Notes: generated by a model from the letters alone, not told the origin. A stretch of DNA of 62,428 bases, filler included, from Bipalium vagum (GCA_037834085.1; 3 parts of 3 records of this genome joined end to end with filler, not necessarily neighbours in it); one strand, 5' to 3'. Positions 13,080-26,459 are shown, counted from the first letter of the whole stretch. Numbers and translations: made by a program.

Positions 13080-14620
13080 GAAATGATGGGTAAGCTAATA
13101 TCACAGGAAATTTGCGATAAATTTGTATTTTTCAAAGAAAATAGAATACCGTTGAAAAATATTACAGATAAAATTAATCTTTGTTTTCTACAATCAATTC
13201 CATCATGAATTATGCAAAAATTGGAACATGCGGTGCACGCCAGAGAGAGAAGATTGAATCATTGTGATGAGGATTCTTATTAATAGACGGTTATCTGTAC
13301 ATAAATTAAAAGGAGAATTATTGTCTCAGTTAGAACTCAATATATATGATACATTAAATTGCCCAGTACAAAATTTCAACACTTTTTCAATTAAATAAAT
13401 TTGTTTATATATTTCAGATTATTATAGTTGTCAATACTAATTTAAAGTTTTGTAATTCATTTTGTTAAGCCATGTAAGTGTTTTTTGCTTTATAATTCAG
13501 CTAGAGTATTAGTTTAGCTTAATTTCTTGATTTGACACTGTCTGCAATCATCTTCAGTGATGAATCAATGTTTCAGATGAATAATAGACAACAGTTTGTT
13601 ATCCATTGTCCAAACTAAAGTTCTTGTCACTACATGGTGTGGGGGCTCATGAAACACCAACTTAAAGTCGACTACATCTGATGCCCTGTTCGGCAAGTGT
13701 CAGGATTTGTGGACCGGTATCATGTGAGAAGAGAATTACCGATACAGTCTTGTAGATTCTATGGAGGGAAGACTTTACGTTGCAGCTGGAGGATATAGCA
13801 AATATTAACAACATATTGTTTTCTATATATATAAATAATATACATATAATATAAATGTTGTTGTTTTTTTACTGGACAATTGAATATATCAGATAGTATG
13901 CTCAATTACTTTAAGAAGGCTTAAGGAGGCAGATGTATCAAGTAGAATAGCCAAACGGAAACCATTGATAGCAGTTCGATTAAAAGAGGAAATACCTGTA
14001 CACGAAAAAATATTCCAAATAGACATTAAAACAATGGAAAGCAGTTCTGTGGTACGATGAGACAAGACTTAATCAATTTGGGTCTGACGGAATCATTAGG
14101 AGGTGGCAAAAGGAAGGGGGAAATTAATACCACAATGCAATCGATCAACAGTTAAACATGGAGGTACTTGTATTTCAGTTTGAGATCAATTTCTGAGAAT
14201 GGAATGGGTAATCTTCAATTCATATATGGCTTTATGACCAAGGAAGTTTGCAATAATATTTTGGTCGCGAATTTGTCTCAATCACCTCGTAAAGCCTAAC
14301 TCAAACGTCGATTTGTCTTCCAGCAAGAAAACGATCCGAAACATACAGCTGCAATTGCCAAGAAATGGTTGGTTGATAATAAAATTAAACATAAGATTTG
14401 CCTTCACAGTCATCTGATCTCAATATTATTGAGCATTTATACGAAAATATTAAAGTTAGAGTAGGCAAACCGGAACCCATAAACGTTGTAGAAATAAAAT
14501 TATAATATTTATGGGAATGGGATATTACCCTCAATAATTTCTCAAGAAACTTGTGAAATCAATGCCAAATCGAATTGCAGGTTTTGTTAAGAACTGTGGA
14601 GATAATATAAAATATTAAAA
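13080..14620 (+). mobile_element. Decayed Tc1-family (DD34E-type) transposon with a secondary insertion
   Basis: VLWYDETRLNQFGSDG (~14044), TVKHGG (~14148), FVFQQENDPKHTA (~14312), PSQSSDLNIIEHL (~14401), SMPNRI (~14558). The N-terminus near 13083-13330 is separated from the rest by about 0.55 kb of other DNA. Confidence 0.85.
13540..13660 (+). mobile_element. Fragment of a second Tc1-like transposase inside the previous element
   Basis: IIFSDESMFQM (~13547-13580) and MVWG (~13635), both upstream of the host element's own first-D motif. Confidence 0.55.
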
Positions 14621-15685
14621 CTTCATCTGAATTAAATAAATGTCTTATGTTTTGATTGTTTTACGTTATCTATTTTAAAATAATTTACATCTGTATACTA
14701 AAAGTTTTATAAGACTTAGATATTTTTAAAAATTTTTACAAATTTAATTATAATATACTTAGGACCAAATACTATCAGATTAATATACAGTTGATTTACT
14801 CTTGTTGATCGTTTGATCATAGGAGCATTTATAATATTTCGTTTTCAAATTACTTACTTCATTGTTCACATACATATTATACTTTTCTAAGTAAAATATC
14901 CTGTTTTCCTAATAGCAAATTATTTTGTGACATTTTTCGACTAGCTAGAAAAGCACTTTCACTGAATTAATAATTTTTTAATCAAATAGTCTTAGTTTCA
15001 TGATTCAACTCAAAATTTATTATTTACGGTCATTTACAGAGATGAAAAATTATTAGGTTTCTTTCAATTTATATATCTCAATTAAATTTCTTTAAATTTT
15101 TTTCATAATTTAAAATCATAGCGAATGTTGTATTTTAAAATTTATTCAATAGAATACTTTCCATCCTTATCTAATTGCTGGAAATATATTTTTGCTCAAT
15201 GTATTTTCAATTTATAGTTCTTGATCCCATGTATGTCCCATCCGGACACAACTTTACTTTCTTCGAGTGTAAACCTGATTTATCTGTAGTTAAAATTTGT
15301 TCTTTACTTATCTAGTGACATCTGTTATCTGGATTGACATAAAGAACAAATATATCCAGTCGCCTAACTATCCAAAAATGAATACAAATCCTGCCTAAAA
15401 AGTAATGAAGACGAGATGGTATTCTAAGCAAAAAGTATTTTTCTGATAGCTTATGCGAAACTGACGTTACCCTTGAATCTCAGTTAATAGCCTTCTCAAA
15501 CATAATTTCTTTATCAATGCATGAAACATTCGTTCAGATGACGAAATAAACACCTTTTAATTTGACTGTAGAACAATCGTGGTATATGAAGAGTTTTAAT
15601 AATTGTCAAGTTTTCGAGTGGTAACACATTCCAAAAAGATTTTGTAGAAAGGAAATAAGTGATAAATATTAAAAATATGGAGCTA

Positions 15686-16164
15686 TACCATTTCCTTACT
15701 AATTGATAATAGTAACAAACTAAATGGAATAGTAACAAACTAAATGATAATAAATGAAAATAAAAAGAAAATTAAAACAAACAGATAATTTTATAAATAA
15801 AGATGATAAATCTTGGATTAAATTTCATTAAAAATAATAATAGATTTTCGATAACAATCATTTATTAAAATTCAACTTCCTCTAATGCATCAGGCAACTT
15901 ACCTTGAATATGAGCTATGTATAACCTAATTTACTCACGTAATAAAATTTTATACATAATCAAAATTATTGGTGAATTCGTGGAAATGTTTTTGTTTAAG
16001 AGATTTTGAAAATTTTATATTTATTTACTAAAAATTAATACAAATTGTAACATATTCAACTTTGACCATTTCCTATTTTTTCATTTAGTTTGTTACTGTC
16101 ATCAATTAGTTTGTTACTATTCCATTTAGTTTGTTACTATTATCAAATAGTATGAAAAATGGTG
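15686..16164. mobile_element. Foldback-like MITE (~480 bp) with long TIRs built from tandem subrepeats, TA-flanked
   Basis: 15686-~15750 is the imperfect reverse complement of ~16080-16164. Both arms carry 2-3 copies of an ~18-20 bp unit containing AGTAACAAACTAA. TA at 15684-85 and 16165-66. Confidence 0.8.
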
Positions 16165-16225
16165 TATAATCTACGAAAATTAAATCCTTCGTTTATTATT
16201 AAAACCAAAATTAAGAATTTATGTA

Positions 16226-17760
16226 CAATGCCGTCTATTTGTTTTGGCCCACCATTTGAAATGGACATAATAGAGATTATGGTTAAAATTAGAAGTTTTA
16301 TGATTTGAACTACTTTAATTTAGATACGTGCTGATGTTATCTTTATATTTCATTAAAAAACTATTAAAAATAAATGTTTTATAATTATTAAAACACATTT
16401 GTTCTAAGTAGGCTTTTTTAATTTTGATGTTATTTAAATATATAAACTATTTAAAGGATTAAATTATTTTATTAGTATAATCTATATTTACAACATTTTA
16501 ATAATGGTTAAGTAATACATCTTTTTAATTTTAGAAATTATTTTGTTAAATATGACTAAGATATCAATAGATATTAAGAAACTAGTCATTAAAAAATTGA
16601 AAGAGGGTTTGTCTCTGAGTAAAGTTTCAAATGAACTCAATATTTCAAGGAATGCTGTTCAACATGTTATATGGAAGCTGAAACAACATGGAACATTGGA
16701 AAACTTATGTAAAAGTGATAGTAAGACGAAAAATGCCCAAAGATTAAAAAGATCACTTATTCGGGTGTCACAATAAAATCTCCAGAAAACAGCACGTGAT
16801 CTTTTTAAAGATTCGAAATCAAGCCACCCGTTTTCAATGAGTACTGTGAAGTGCATTCTGGGAAATTATGATTTGTTCGAACAAATTGCAGCGAAAAAAA
16901 TATGCATATATATGAGCAACATATCAAGAATCGCTTAAAGTGGTGCACAGATTATAGCAAACTGCTTCTTTCTTTTTGGAATGAGATGTTTTTTCTGATG
17001 AAAGCCAGATAGAACAGTTCTCTAGAAGAAAAGAATATGGTATAATATGAGCAACATATCAAGAATCGCTTAAAGTGGTGCACAGATTATAGCAAACTGC
17101 TTCTTTCTTTTTGGAATGAGANNNNNNNNNNNNNNNNNNNNNNNNNNNNNNNNNNNNNNNNNNNNNNNNNNNNNNNNNNNNNNNNNNNNNNNNNNNNNNN
17201 NNNNNNNNNNNNNNNNNNNNNTGTTTTTTCTGATGAAAGCCAGATAGAACAGTTCTCTAGAAGAAAAGAATATGTCCGCAGACTGTAAGGATCCAGATAT
17301 AATCCAAAATATACCACGTAAGAGTTTGATGGTTTGGGACGCAATTAAGGGTGGCACCAAAGTTCTCATAAAGTGTCCGGATCGGATGAATTCTAATGCT
17401 TACGAGGATGTATTGAAGAAATAGTTGTACAGAATATATTTCAACAAGACGAACCTCCATGCCATAAGTCAAGATTGGTGACTTCATTTTTTGAAAAGTC
17501 CAAGTTATGCGTACAGAGTGATTGACCGATTCAATTACCAGATCTGAATATAATTGAGCTTTTGTGGACTGATCTGAAAACCAGAGTTGATATGTATAGG
17601 GCAGTCAATATCGAGGTACTGTAGAAGAATTTGTAGAAGCACTGGGCGATGATTCCAACATCTACGATTAAAAATCCTTGTGAAAACATACCAAGAAAGA
17701 TCCAAGAGGTACTTAAAAATAAAGGTATTAATTTAACGTATCTAAATTGCTCATGAATTT
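16226..17760 (+). mobile_element. Decayed Tc1-family transposon spanning a 100-N gap
   Basis: HTH ORF 16543-16776 (LSLSKVSNELNISRNAVQHVI), FSDESQIEQ, LMVWD, FQQDEPPCHK and *PIQLPDLNIIELLW. The left boundary is approximate. Confidence 0.88.
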
Positions 17761-18030
17761 GACTGTTTCTTAAAATGTGTTTGGTCATTTGAAATTTAAA
17801 TAAAAGATGTTTTGCTGATGTTTAAATCTTGTATTCAAAATGACTTAAAAATTATGTTTTCGAAAAAATCGGTTTTTCAACATTTACAAAAATAATCCTT
17901 TGGATATTTTTATTGGAAACATGTGCTTCAACATATTCTCTTATGTAGTTAAATAAAGACTGAGTCAAGGTACTTATAGTAATATATATATTCAAATAAT
18001 TTTCGATTCTTCATGACAATTATGCAAAAG

Positions 18031-18530
18031 GATTTACCAAGTGGATCTAGCGAGTTTGGGAAACCCTAGGTAACCTAAAAAAGACCTAAAGGACGACATT
18101 TGGATCCCTTCTAGCTCCTCGTGAAGTTGTTATATTTTATCTTTTATTTTTAATTTTTTTAAAAGTTTAATTATTATTAGTCTTATAATCTCGTAAAATT
18201 TATCATAAATTATTTTAGTGTCATTGTTATATTCATTTGTATTTGATTTGACAATTTTAGGCGAGATGACCTTTGATATTTATACATTGGAACTATCTTG
18301 ATTTGTGATATTCAGACAATGAAACATTTTTGTGTTTTTGATCGGAGTGTGTTCTGTGACCAGTGGCTAAGGTTTTTGCTGAAAGATTTAATAAAATTTT
18401 ATTGAGACTGTTTTTGATTCACTTTAGGGTGAGCATAAGGTTTTATTGTGAGGGTTGAATTTAATTGAGTTTAAATTGGTGTAATTGTACAAGTAAAGCA
18501 AACACAACATTAGAAAGTGAGGAGTTATTG
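18031..18530 (+). repeat. Dispersed repeat shared with ~58065-58200 (possible LTR remnant)
   Basis: 18031-18076 vs 58065-58110 match at 36/46 ungapped positions. A second block (AACACAACATT...AGAAA-TGAGGAGT) recurs at ~18500-18526 and ~58167-58195. Confidence 0.6.
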
Positions 18531-21500
18531 TTTTTCTAGCGAAAGTTACTTTTTGAGTTTACGGTATAATATTAACATTTTTTAAAGCAAATATTGAATC
18601 CGTTTTAAATAATAACCGTTTAATGACATTATCTAGGTTACTTTTTTTAAAAACTTACCCTCAGTTGAATTTCGCAGGTATTTGCTTTTTGCTTCTGAAC
18701 AGAAAAGCTGGAAATTATTTATCTCATAGTTGAAACAGCTCCATGCAAGGCTGTTATGTATAATTGGATCAGGAATCGTCTTCCGACTTGAACAGTGTGT
18801 TTGATGAAAAAAGAAGTGAACAACCATAAAAAAGTTTCTTAGTAAAGTTGAAAAACTAAAATATATTTTGACAGAAAAGAGATTATATAGGGAAAGTTGT
18901 CTACTGCAGTTAATTTTAAAAAGAAACCTATACAGGAAATATTGAATTTAAATTAGCGAAACCTAAATCAAAAAGATTTTTCTTTCATTTTTTATCATAA
19001 AATGAATTTTAATTTATTTTAATTTGAAGATTAATGTGTTTCTGTTTATAAATTAATATTCCGATTATTAGAGAAATATTCTGTTTGTTTAAACAAATTG
19101 ATAAAGATTTTGTTAAATAATAACTTATATTTATTATTAAGTTAAATATTATTAAATTTGTCGAAAATAATTAAAATTATTTTTATTATATTATTGCTTT
19201 CTAATTGGTAGAAGGATTAAATTTAATTAATTTAATTTCGCATGAATTAATTTTGACACTATTTGATATGTAACACCAATAATTTTCTTATTATTAATTC
19301 TAATATAAGTTAAATATATTTTTCAATTTAATAATTTATTAAAAATAATAATAATGTATTTTTCGTACCCGTTCATTATTTGCTATAAATCGTTTTAATT
19401 AATATTTAACAATATTCTTGTTTTAATAATATACGTATAATTTGCATTACATTTTGCTTCTATCAAATACGATGATATTTGAAATATATAAATAAAAACA
19501 ATAATATTATTAAATTGTTATAAATATCATGACATACTTACTTTTATTTCGTATTTTAATTTTAATAAAATTAAATAATATAAATAATATAAAAATAAAT
19601 AATAAATAAGGCATACGAAAACATGCATTATTTCATTTTAATATTTTTTTAAAAAATATTTTATTTTTACATAATAATAATTAAATTACCATAAAAAATC
19701 AATATATTTAAACAAATACTTTGGCCAGTGCCTTTAAAAAATATAGAAATGATATTTTGTCTTTTATCTTTTCTTTATTATATGTATAAATGAGTAAAAT
19801 TTGAAGCAAATTAAATCTTTACAAAGTATGAATTTCTTGATCATTTATGCTCCATGAAAACACCTCATTCTTTTACTTTACCTTCACTTTTTTCTACATT
19901 TTTCAACAATTTAATTTTTATAAATAATTTCAAAATATTATGTTTCCATAATATTGACCATTGTTTCTATGATTACTAAAAATCTAACTGTAATTCCTAA
20001 TATTATATTTATTATTTATTTTTATAAAATGACTGAGACGTTCTCAACTGAATGTTGAGTGAATTTTGCACATGTGTTCAAGCTAATAATTAATTAAAAA
20101 TAAACTTTGTCAATATTTTTTGTTATATTTCACTTTTATTTTATTTCTGTGACATGTTATTTGTCATCGTAAAGTCATTTAAAATTGATTTAATTATTAT
20201 TTTTAAATTTCATTGATATTTTAGTTAAAATTATATAAAACTTGCTCGAACGAATTTCCTAAAAAGGAATTTTTGCTGTAACATTAATTAGATTATTTTT
20301 TCTTTTTGATTGTGATAAAATAGAAAATATTTTGTTATTATGAACTGAAAAAATATCAAACTCTATTCTGAATTAAACAAGCTAATCTTTCTCTCTGGTA
20401 ATATTTTTATTACGGAATATCATTTTTAAAAATTATTTACTTTTTCAGAGGTTCTGAAAAATTAATAATTGATTCTGAAATAACTCTTCAGAATTTTATT
20501 ATTTTTTTTATCTATTTTTTAACTGTATTCGATTCTGTTAACAATTAATATTTCTTGATTCACTTTTACCTCTCATCTGCTTGAAATGCTCTTTAACAAA
20601 AAATTCTAAATCCAATTTTGAAAAAGCTCTATCCTTAAGAATTCCTTGGTATTATTATTACTTTTATTAATAGGATCATCTTTTCGGTTAAATAAACATG
20701 ACCGAAACAAATTAAAAAGTAACTAATAATAATAAAACAATAAAAAACAAGTAATATTTATTAATTTTTATTAATTAAAAGATATTGCTACAGAATTCTT
20801 CATCTGAATATTCGTTTTCCACGTTCATTCATAAAGGTTTAATTGTAGACGATCATAAACCATAAACTTTCTTAAATAGATTTTATTCTCCGTGTAAGAC
20901 CAATTTATTTGATGACTCAGACATATTTTTCCTCTTTGGGCAATTGAGAGTACTTACCAATCCGCGGAAAACTTTAATGAATATAGATATTTGAAAGTGC
21001 TATTTGTTATATTTAAAATGGATAATTTTTAGTTATTAATAATGAGTCATTATAATTGAACCGAGCTGAAAACAGACCTTTCAGTGGATAATAACGTGGT
21101 AGATTTTTTTAATGAAAAGATACATATATGATAGTAATATCAGGTAATTTGTCTTTGTTAATTGTCTCAGTTGGGTATATAAACCTGATACAATAAAAAG
21201 TAATGAAAATGTTGGCCAAAACGGTGGTCATATTATTATCATTACAAGAATTACAAACACATTTTTTACGTTAATTCATTAAATCTTGCAAATTTAATAT
21301 TGTGTACCAATTTAAATGTCATGGGTGTAATACCCTATATATATGGAAGACAGCGTCACCTCAGAGCACATATTAGTGAATATTCGCAATTATTAATAGT
21401 AAGTGTAGTGAAAAAAGTTTTTTCACAATTTCCTCAAATTAAATATCTGCTTAATTTGCATTTTAGAATTTTTAAATTCATAATATACAACGTTCGTTAA

Positions 21501-21833
21501 CAGACGTTTGGTTTTCAGTTGACTGATTCTCTTTAAAAACTCCAAAGTTACAGAAAATCTTATTAATACCATTGTTTAATAATTCTAAAATAGTTTTTTC
21601 ATACCTTTAAAATAAATTAATAAATAGAAAGAATACATTATAGATTTATTATACAAATCAATTATTGAATTGTAATATTTACTTATTACTAATTTTTTTA
21701 ATGTCTGGAAAATTACTGTAAAACTAATTTAAAATTAATTACCTTTCCTTCATTGAATAAATTAATTCTGATTAACTTTTTCAATTTTCCATTAGGTTTT
21801 CTGAATTCCTCTACTAGATATCGCTTTATCTAT

Positions 21834-21933
21834 NNNNNNNNNNNNNNNNNNNNNNNNNNNNNNNNNNNNNNNNNNNNTTAATTAATTAANNNNNNNNNNN
21901 NNNNNNNNNNNNNNNNNNNNNNNNNNNNNNNNN
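21834..21933. other. Artificial scaffold linker 44N-TTAATTAATTAA-44N
   Basis: Exactly 100 bp with a central 12-mer carrying stops in all six frames. The identical structure occurs at 44635-44734. Confidence 0.95.
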
Positions 21934-21950
21934 TATTTTGACTAATTAAT

Positions 21951-22094
21951 GTTCATTGTTCAAAATAAGCAGTGTTCGTATTATAAAACGTATTTTTCCA
22001 TGAAAACAATGTGGTTTTCAACAATTTTTGACTGAAATGTTCATATTAAATCCTGTTCATATTAAACAGGGTTCATATTGAACAGGGTTGACTG
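21951..22094. mobile_element. Right terminus of a pogo/Tigger-like (Tc1/mariner superfamily) element with subterminal repeats
   Basis: Three ~16-bp repeats starting GTTCATATT(A/G)AA end in ...GGGTTGACTG|TA, giving terminus CAGTCAACCC with a flanking TA. The partner end is presumably lost in the gap. Confidence 0.6.
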
Positions 22095-25000
22095 TATTTT
22101 ATTTTAAGTAAAATATTTTATATTTTGTTTGTTTAAATTAATACAATTCTTTAAATAATTTTTTCTCTTTTATCATTTTATATTTAAACTTTTTTATATA
22201 AAAAATTAAAATTAGCATTTGATTTTTAGTTTTTTTTCTTAAAAAATATTCATGGATTAAGATTCTTTGATATTTAGTAACTGACCAAAATTTCTCCCTG
22301 CAGCTTAGGAAGTACGATTTCATTTAACAAAAACAAGTAAAGGTTAATTTGACTCAATTCTATTTAATAAGCCCTCCTCGATTATAAAGAAGTTCGTGAA
22401 TTCTAATTTTCATGTCTTCTGAGTTTATTTAAAATCCACCATTTTTCCTTTTTTATACGTTTCGATCAGTCCTCTTTCTTTCTCCATTAATCGAGAGATG
22501 TTGAACATTTTATAACTTCACTATATATAATGGAAGCTAAATATATTTTAATATGATAAAGATTTTATGGATACCATTTCCGAAACGCTTCAATTTTTAA
22601 TATATAGCCTTTAAAAAAGATGGATAATTCGAGTTTAAAAAAGTGCGTGAAAAAATATTGGCCAATGTCATCATTGAATTTTTGAAACAAACTATTTTTA
22701 GACGCATATTTTATTTGAATCAATACAAATCGTTGATTAATCCACCAATGAGACGTGAATTTCCATAAACATTGAAAACTTAATTTCCAATGAAATTTGT
22801 TAATACATTCACATTTGAAATGGTGCGCGAATAACATGTCTGGTCAGCATGTATTTATAAAAATATTTTTAATTATTGATATTATCGAGAACATTTTTTA
22901 ATTGAATTTAAATTAAATAATCTAAATATTAAAAGAAAACCGTTAAAGATGGATTATCTTGAGAAATACAAAAGGAAGAAAAAAATTTTTTTTTTGAAAA
23001 AACATTTCCCACTAATTTCCTGATATTATTTTAAACATAAAAAATATTATTAAAAGAGATTATTGATTTCCAATAAATCACTGGAATAACACAATTAAAA
23101 CATTAAAATAAAACGACAAAAGCCGACATTTTTCGGAAAGTTCCTAATTGAAAAATGTTTTTCTTCCACTGGTGTTGACGCAAAACCGAAAATATTATTT
23201 TTTGCCGATATATTATATATATATTTTTAATATTTTTCCCATTCTCCTTTTTATTATAAAAATCATTAATTTATCCGCAAACCATAATGAAAGTCATTTA
23301 TATATTTTATGGTAAACGTTTTGCTTTACCAAAGCAATCTGATGCCCAGGCTTGTATTTTATGATCTTTCTTATCACAGACGTAATTATATTTAAAATTA
23401 TATCCTCGAAAATGAAAGGGAAATTTTTAATGGGAATAATTTAACTCTTCCCATTTAATATGGATACTGGGGAGTTTTTTCTGATTAAATTTCTCTCGAA
23501 ATAAATTTATTATGTGATCGAAAAATTTGGAATTTTTGAGCAAATTTTTAAATTAATAAAAAGATGATGATATTTTCCTTCATCAAATGTTTATTATTAT
23601 ATTTCAGACTCTCAGTCCCGCTCCGTTTATTGCCCGAGTGAATTTGCTGAAGATTTGATTACAGAATACCGACAAATGCAACATAAATCACAGAGGTTAA
23701 ATGTTACCGTTGAATAAATAAAGGACAGCAGTTCTCTCTTCTTGAAGAGGGATGTTTAGGGGTGATGTTGTTTTTAAGTTTCCCTTCCGCCTAAAAATGA
23801 AAAATCATGGTCCATTTTGACATGACTGTCGTAATATGATCATGCTGATGACTCTAACGGGTCATAGCTTTTATGATATTAGCAGTGGTTCGAACAATTA
23901 GTTTGTTTGAATTTTTTAAAATAAGGACCTCGCGCCTAAATTAACAATCAATAAATGTTTTTAATTTAAACTTTTTAAAAATTATAATGTTACCCTTTTT
24001 TAAATATTTAATAAATAAATATGGGTAAATTTTTATAACGTAAATAATTTAGTTTTAGAAAAAACGTGAGGTCTATGTTTGGAAAGTTTGTTTAAGTAAT
24101 CGGATTTATTGAAATAAATTATTATTGATTGATCTTGTATTATTATTAAAAATGACAACACAAGGATATAAGTATGATATTGTCATATCACATGTATAGT
24201 GTTAGGCAAAGAATAGGTGAAACTTTAAAACATAATCTTAAAATTAGGTATGGTTTCTTAATTTATAGTACTAATATTACTATTATGACCCAATTACAAT
24301 TACATAATAATAATAGTAATAAAAATAATTAATAATAATAATGATAGTATAACAAAAAAAATAATAATATTATTATTATTACTATTATTAAGCCAAGCTT
24401 GATTACAAATGGACATCGCAAGTTATGTCAATAATAAAAACGAACGATTTTTTGTCTTATTAAATCTTAATGAACCCAATGCATTCATATGGGAAATAAT
24501 AATATTGTTTTTTGACAAAGAAATAACATTTTAATAATTTATCTTTCCTTTCTTTTCCTGAATTCACAAAAACGCTAAACACTGCCGAGGATTTTTCACC
24601 ATTTTTTACATAAATATTAAATAAATATCATGATTATTAAAAATCTCTATAATAGTAATAATAATAAAAATAAAATAAAATAATAATTTTAAAAAATCAA
24701 TATTTTAGAAGCAATATTTTTTAGAATAACAAGTGTAGGTCGTCATTTTTTGTAGAAATATAAAAAATATGAAATAAAAAAAAGAGACGCTCTCATTAAT
24801 TTATTAATTAAAATCAATTAAAGCAAAACGTAGTACTATTGCTAAATAGGTGATCATTTTGGGAATGAAGATGTTAAATATTCCATTTATCAAATCTTTG
24901 GAGGTGGGAGTATTGATCAACCCAATGTTATCGAAGAGCACTTTGATCATAAATATTTGGTAATTTTTTCGGTTAAAACCTTTTAGTTTTTGGTAAGCAT

Positions 25001-25271
25001 GAATGTCAAAGACTAAGTTAATTTTGGAAACTCAATAATTAAATTGAAGTCCTTCACGTTCTTATGACAACCGGAGAGATCTTGATATGCTTAGGAAATG
25101 GTAAAATCTGGAGAAAAATAAACCTTTCCAGTTGAGAAAGTTAAGTTTGCTATTGAACTTTCTTGTCAATATCAATAATTTCTTAAGCATAACAAATCAT
25201 ATGTCCAAAAGTACTGGATCTTATGTATGGGGTGAGTTATACTGTCTCCTTTGTGTGATCTATTGTATGAT

Positions 25272-25850
25272 CTATTGGGTTGTTCGATAAGTCAGTTTTG
25301 TATTCTTAGTGGTTTTGATAGTTCTAGTTTGTTTTATTGTCAATATATCTCATTATACTTCATAATTTACAATTGTTTTGTTTATTTACATTAAAAACAA
25401 AAATGTAAGTACAGTTTGACCCTCATTTTTCAAATTTTTCGTGTTTTTATAGTTTCAAAATTGGAGAACTTTGTCGAGCATGTGCGAAATATTTTGTTCT
25501 TTTACTTCAAAAACGGGGTAAAAAACCACCGAGACAAAAAAAATTAGTGAACGTTTATGACGAAGATGTGATTAAAGAAAAACAATTCCAGAAGTCATTC
25601 GTCCGTTTCCGTGAAGAAATTTTTCTTCAAGATGCTCATTTGCCTGACAGACCTGTTACAATTATCATCGACTAAATTACAACTTTTGTTGAAATAAATA
25701 GGCATTTGACGGTCAAAGAAAGTACGAATTCCCTAATTTTTTCCGTTCGAAGTGTGCACAGTCATTTAGAATCCGCTGTTTTCATCGAAAAACAACGTGT
25801 CCTGGTCCCGCAACAATTGAAAGAAATTCACAAAGTCAATCGAACTGACC
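25272..25850 (+). mobile_element. 5' half of a mariner element
   Basis: TATTGGGTTGTTCGATAAGT mariner-like terminus, HVRNILFFYFKNG N-terminus, and VLVPQQLKE (WVPH-equivalent) at ~25799-25825. Confidence 0.75.
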
Positions 25851-26207
25851 ACAGAGATGGCAGGAGGTGATTGATTACAATGTGGAATATATAATAGATT
25901 AATGCTGATTTTGTTATATTAAATGACTGAGCCTAAACTGTGCAATAAAAATGGAGACTTATTGAAGAACCCAATGCATTACAGTGGACTAAGCCTGTAA
26001 ATTGTCAAGTATTTATCTTTTTAATGTTCTAAAAGCATATCTCATGGGGTTCAAAATATATTGAATACTTTTCTTCAAATGGAATCATTGTTAAAATGAA
26101 CCACTCACGCTTAAAATAATTGTACATTTGAACTCATAACCTTTGACGCAGGTTAGACAGGGTACCTTGCATAATTCATCTATGAGTAGTATTACGGGTG
26201 TGTTTTA

Positions 26208-26459
26208 CAGTACCTGGCCATTGAAATAGACTCAAGTATTATTTTACACACAATTGTATAATCATAAAGTATAAGTTAACACCGGCCATGATAAAAAAGA
26301 GACTAGTTTGGGGACTAAAATACAAACACTACGAATAGACACCTTGTTCAAAAGTAAAGAAAATTTAATTTCTACAAAACGGTTTTCATTAAATTGGTTT
26401 AATTTCTTAGGTAAAAAACGATATTTTTTGTTTGAGTCTATTTCAATGGCCAGGTACTG
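26208..26459. mobile_element. 252-bp Tc1-type MITE with perfect 28-bp TIRs and TA target duplication
   Basis: CAGTACCTGGCCATTGAAATAGACTCAA at 26208-26235 and its exact reverse complement at 26432-26459. TA at 26206-07 and 26460-61. No ORF. Confidence 0.95.

Noticed and set aside
15700-16145. Short direct repeats that could suggest a CRISPR array
   Set aside because: The units are adjacent with no unique spacers, form inverted transposon arms, have no cas genes nearby, and the context is eukaryotic.
16907-17273. Direct duplication of about 130 bp around the 100-N gap in the Tc1 element
   Set aside because: Near-identical copies flank and straddle a gap. This is most likely unmerged contig overlap rather than a biological repeat.
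18655-18690. Minus-strand 36-nt micro-exon candidate ending in gtaagt
   Set aside because: No TRPM-like content. Splice-like motifs are frequent by chance in AT-rich DNA.
21878-21889. TTAATTAATTAA palindrome within N runs (also 44679-44690)
   Set aside because: Synthetic six-frame stop linker, not genomic sequence.
23608-23695. Plus-strand exon-like segment (tatttcag|..SQSRSVYCPSEFAEDLITEYRQMQHKSQR|gttaaa)
   Set aside because: Weak donor, no recognisable homology and no partner exons.
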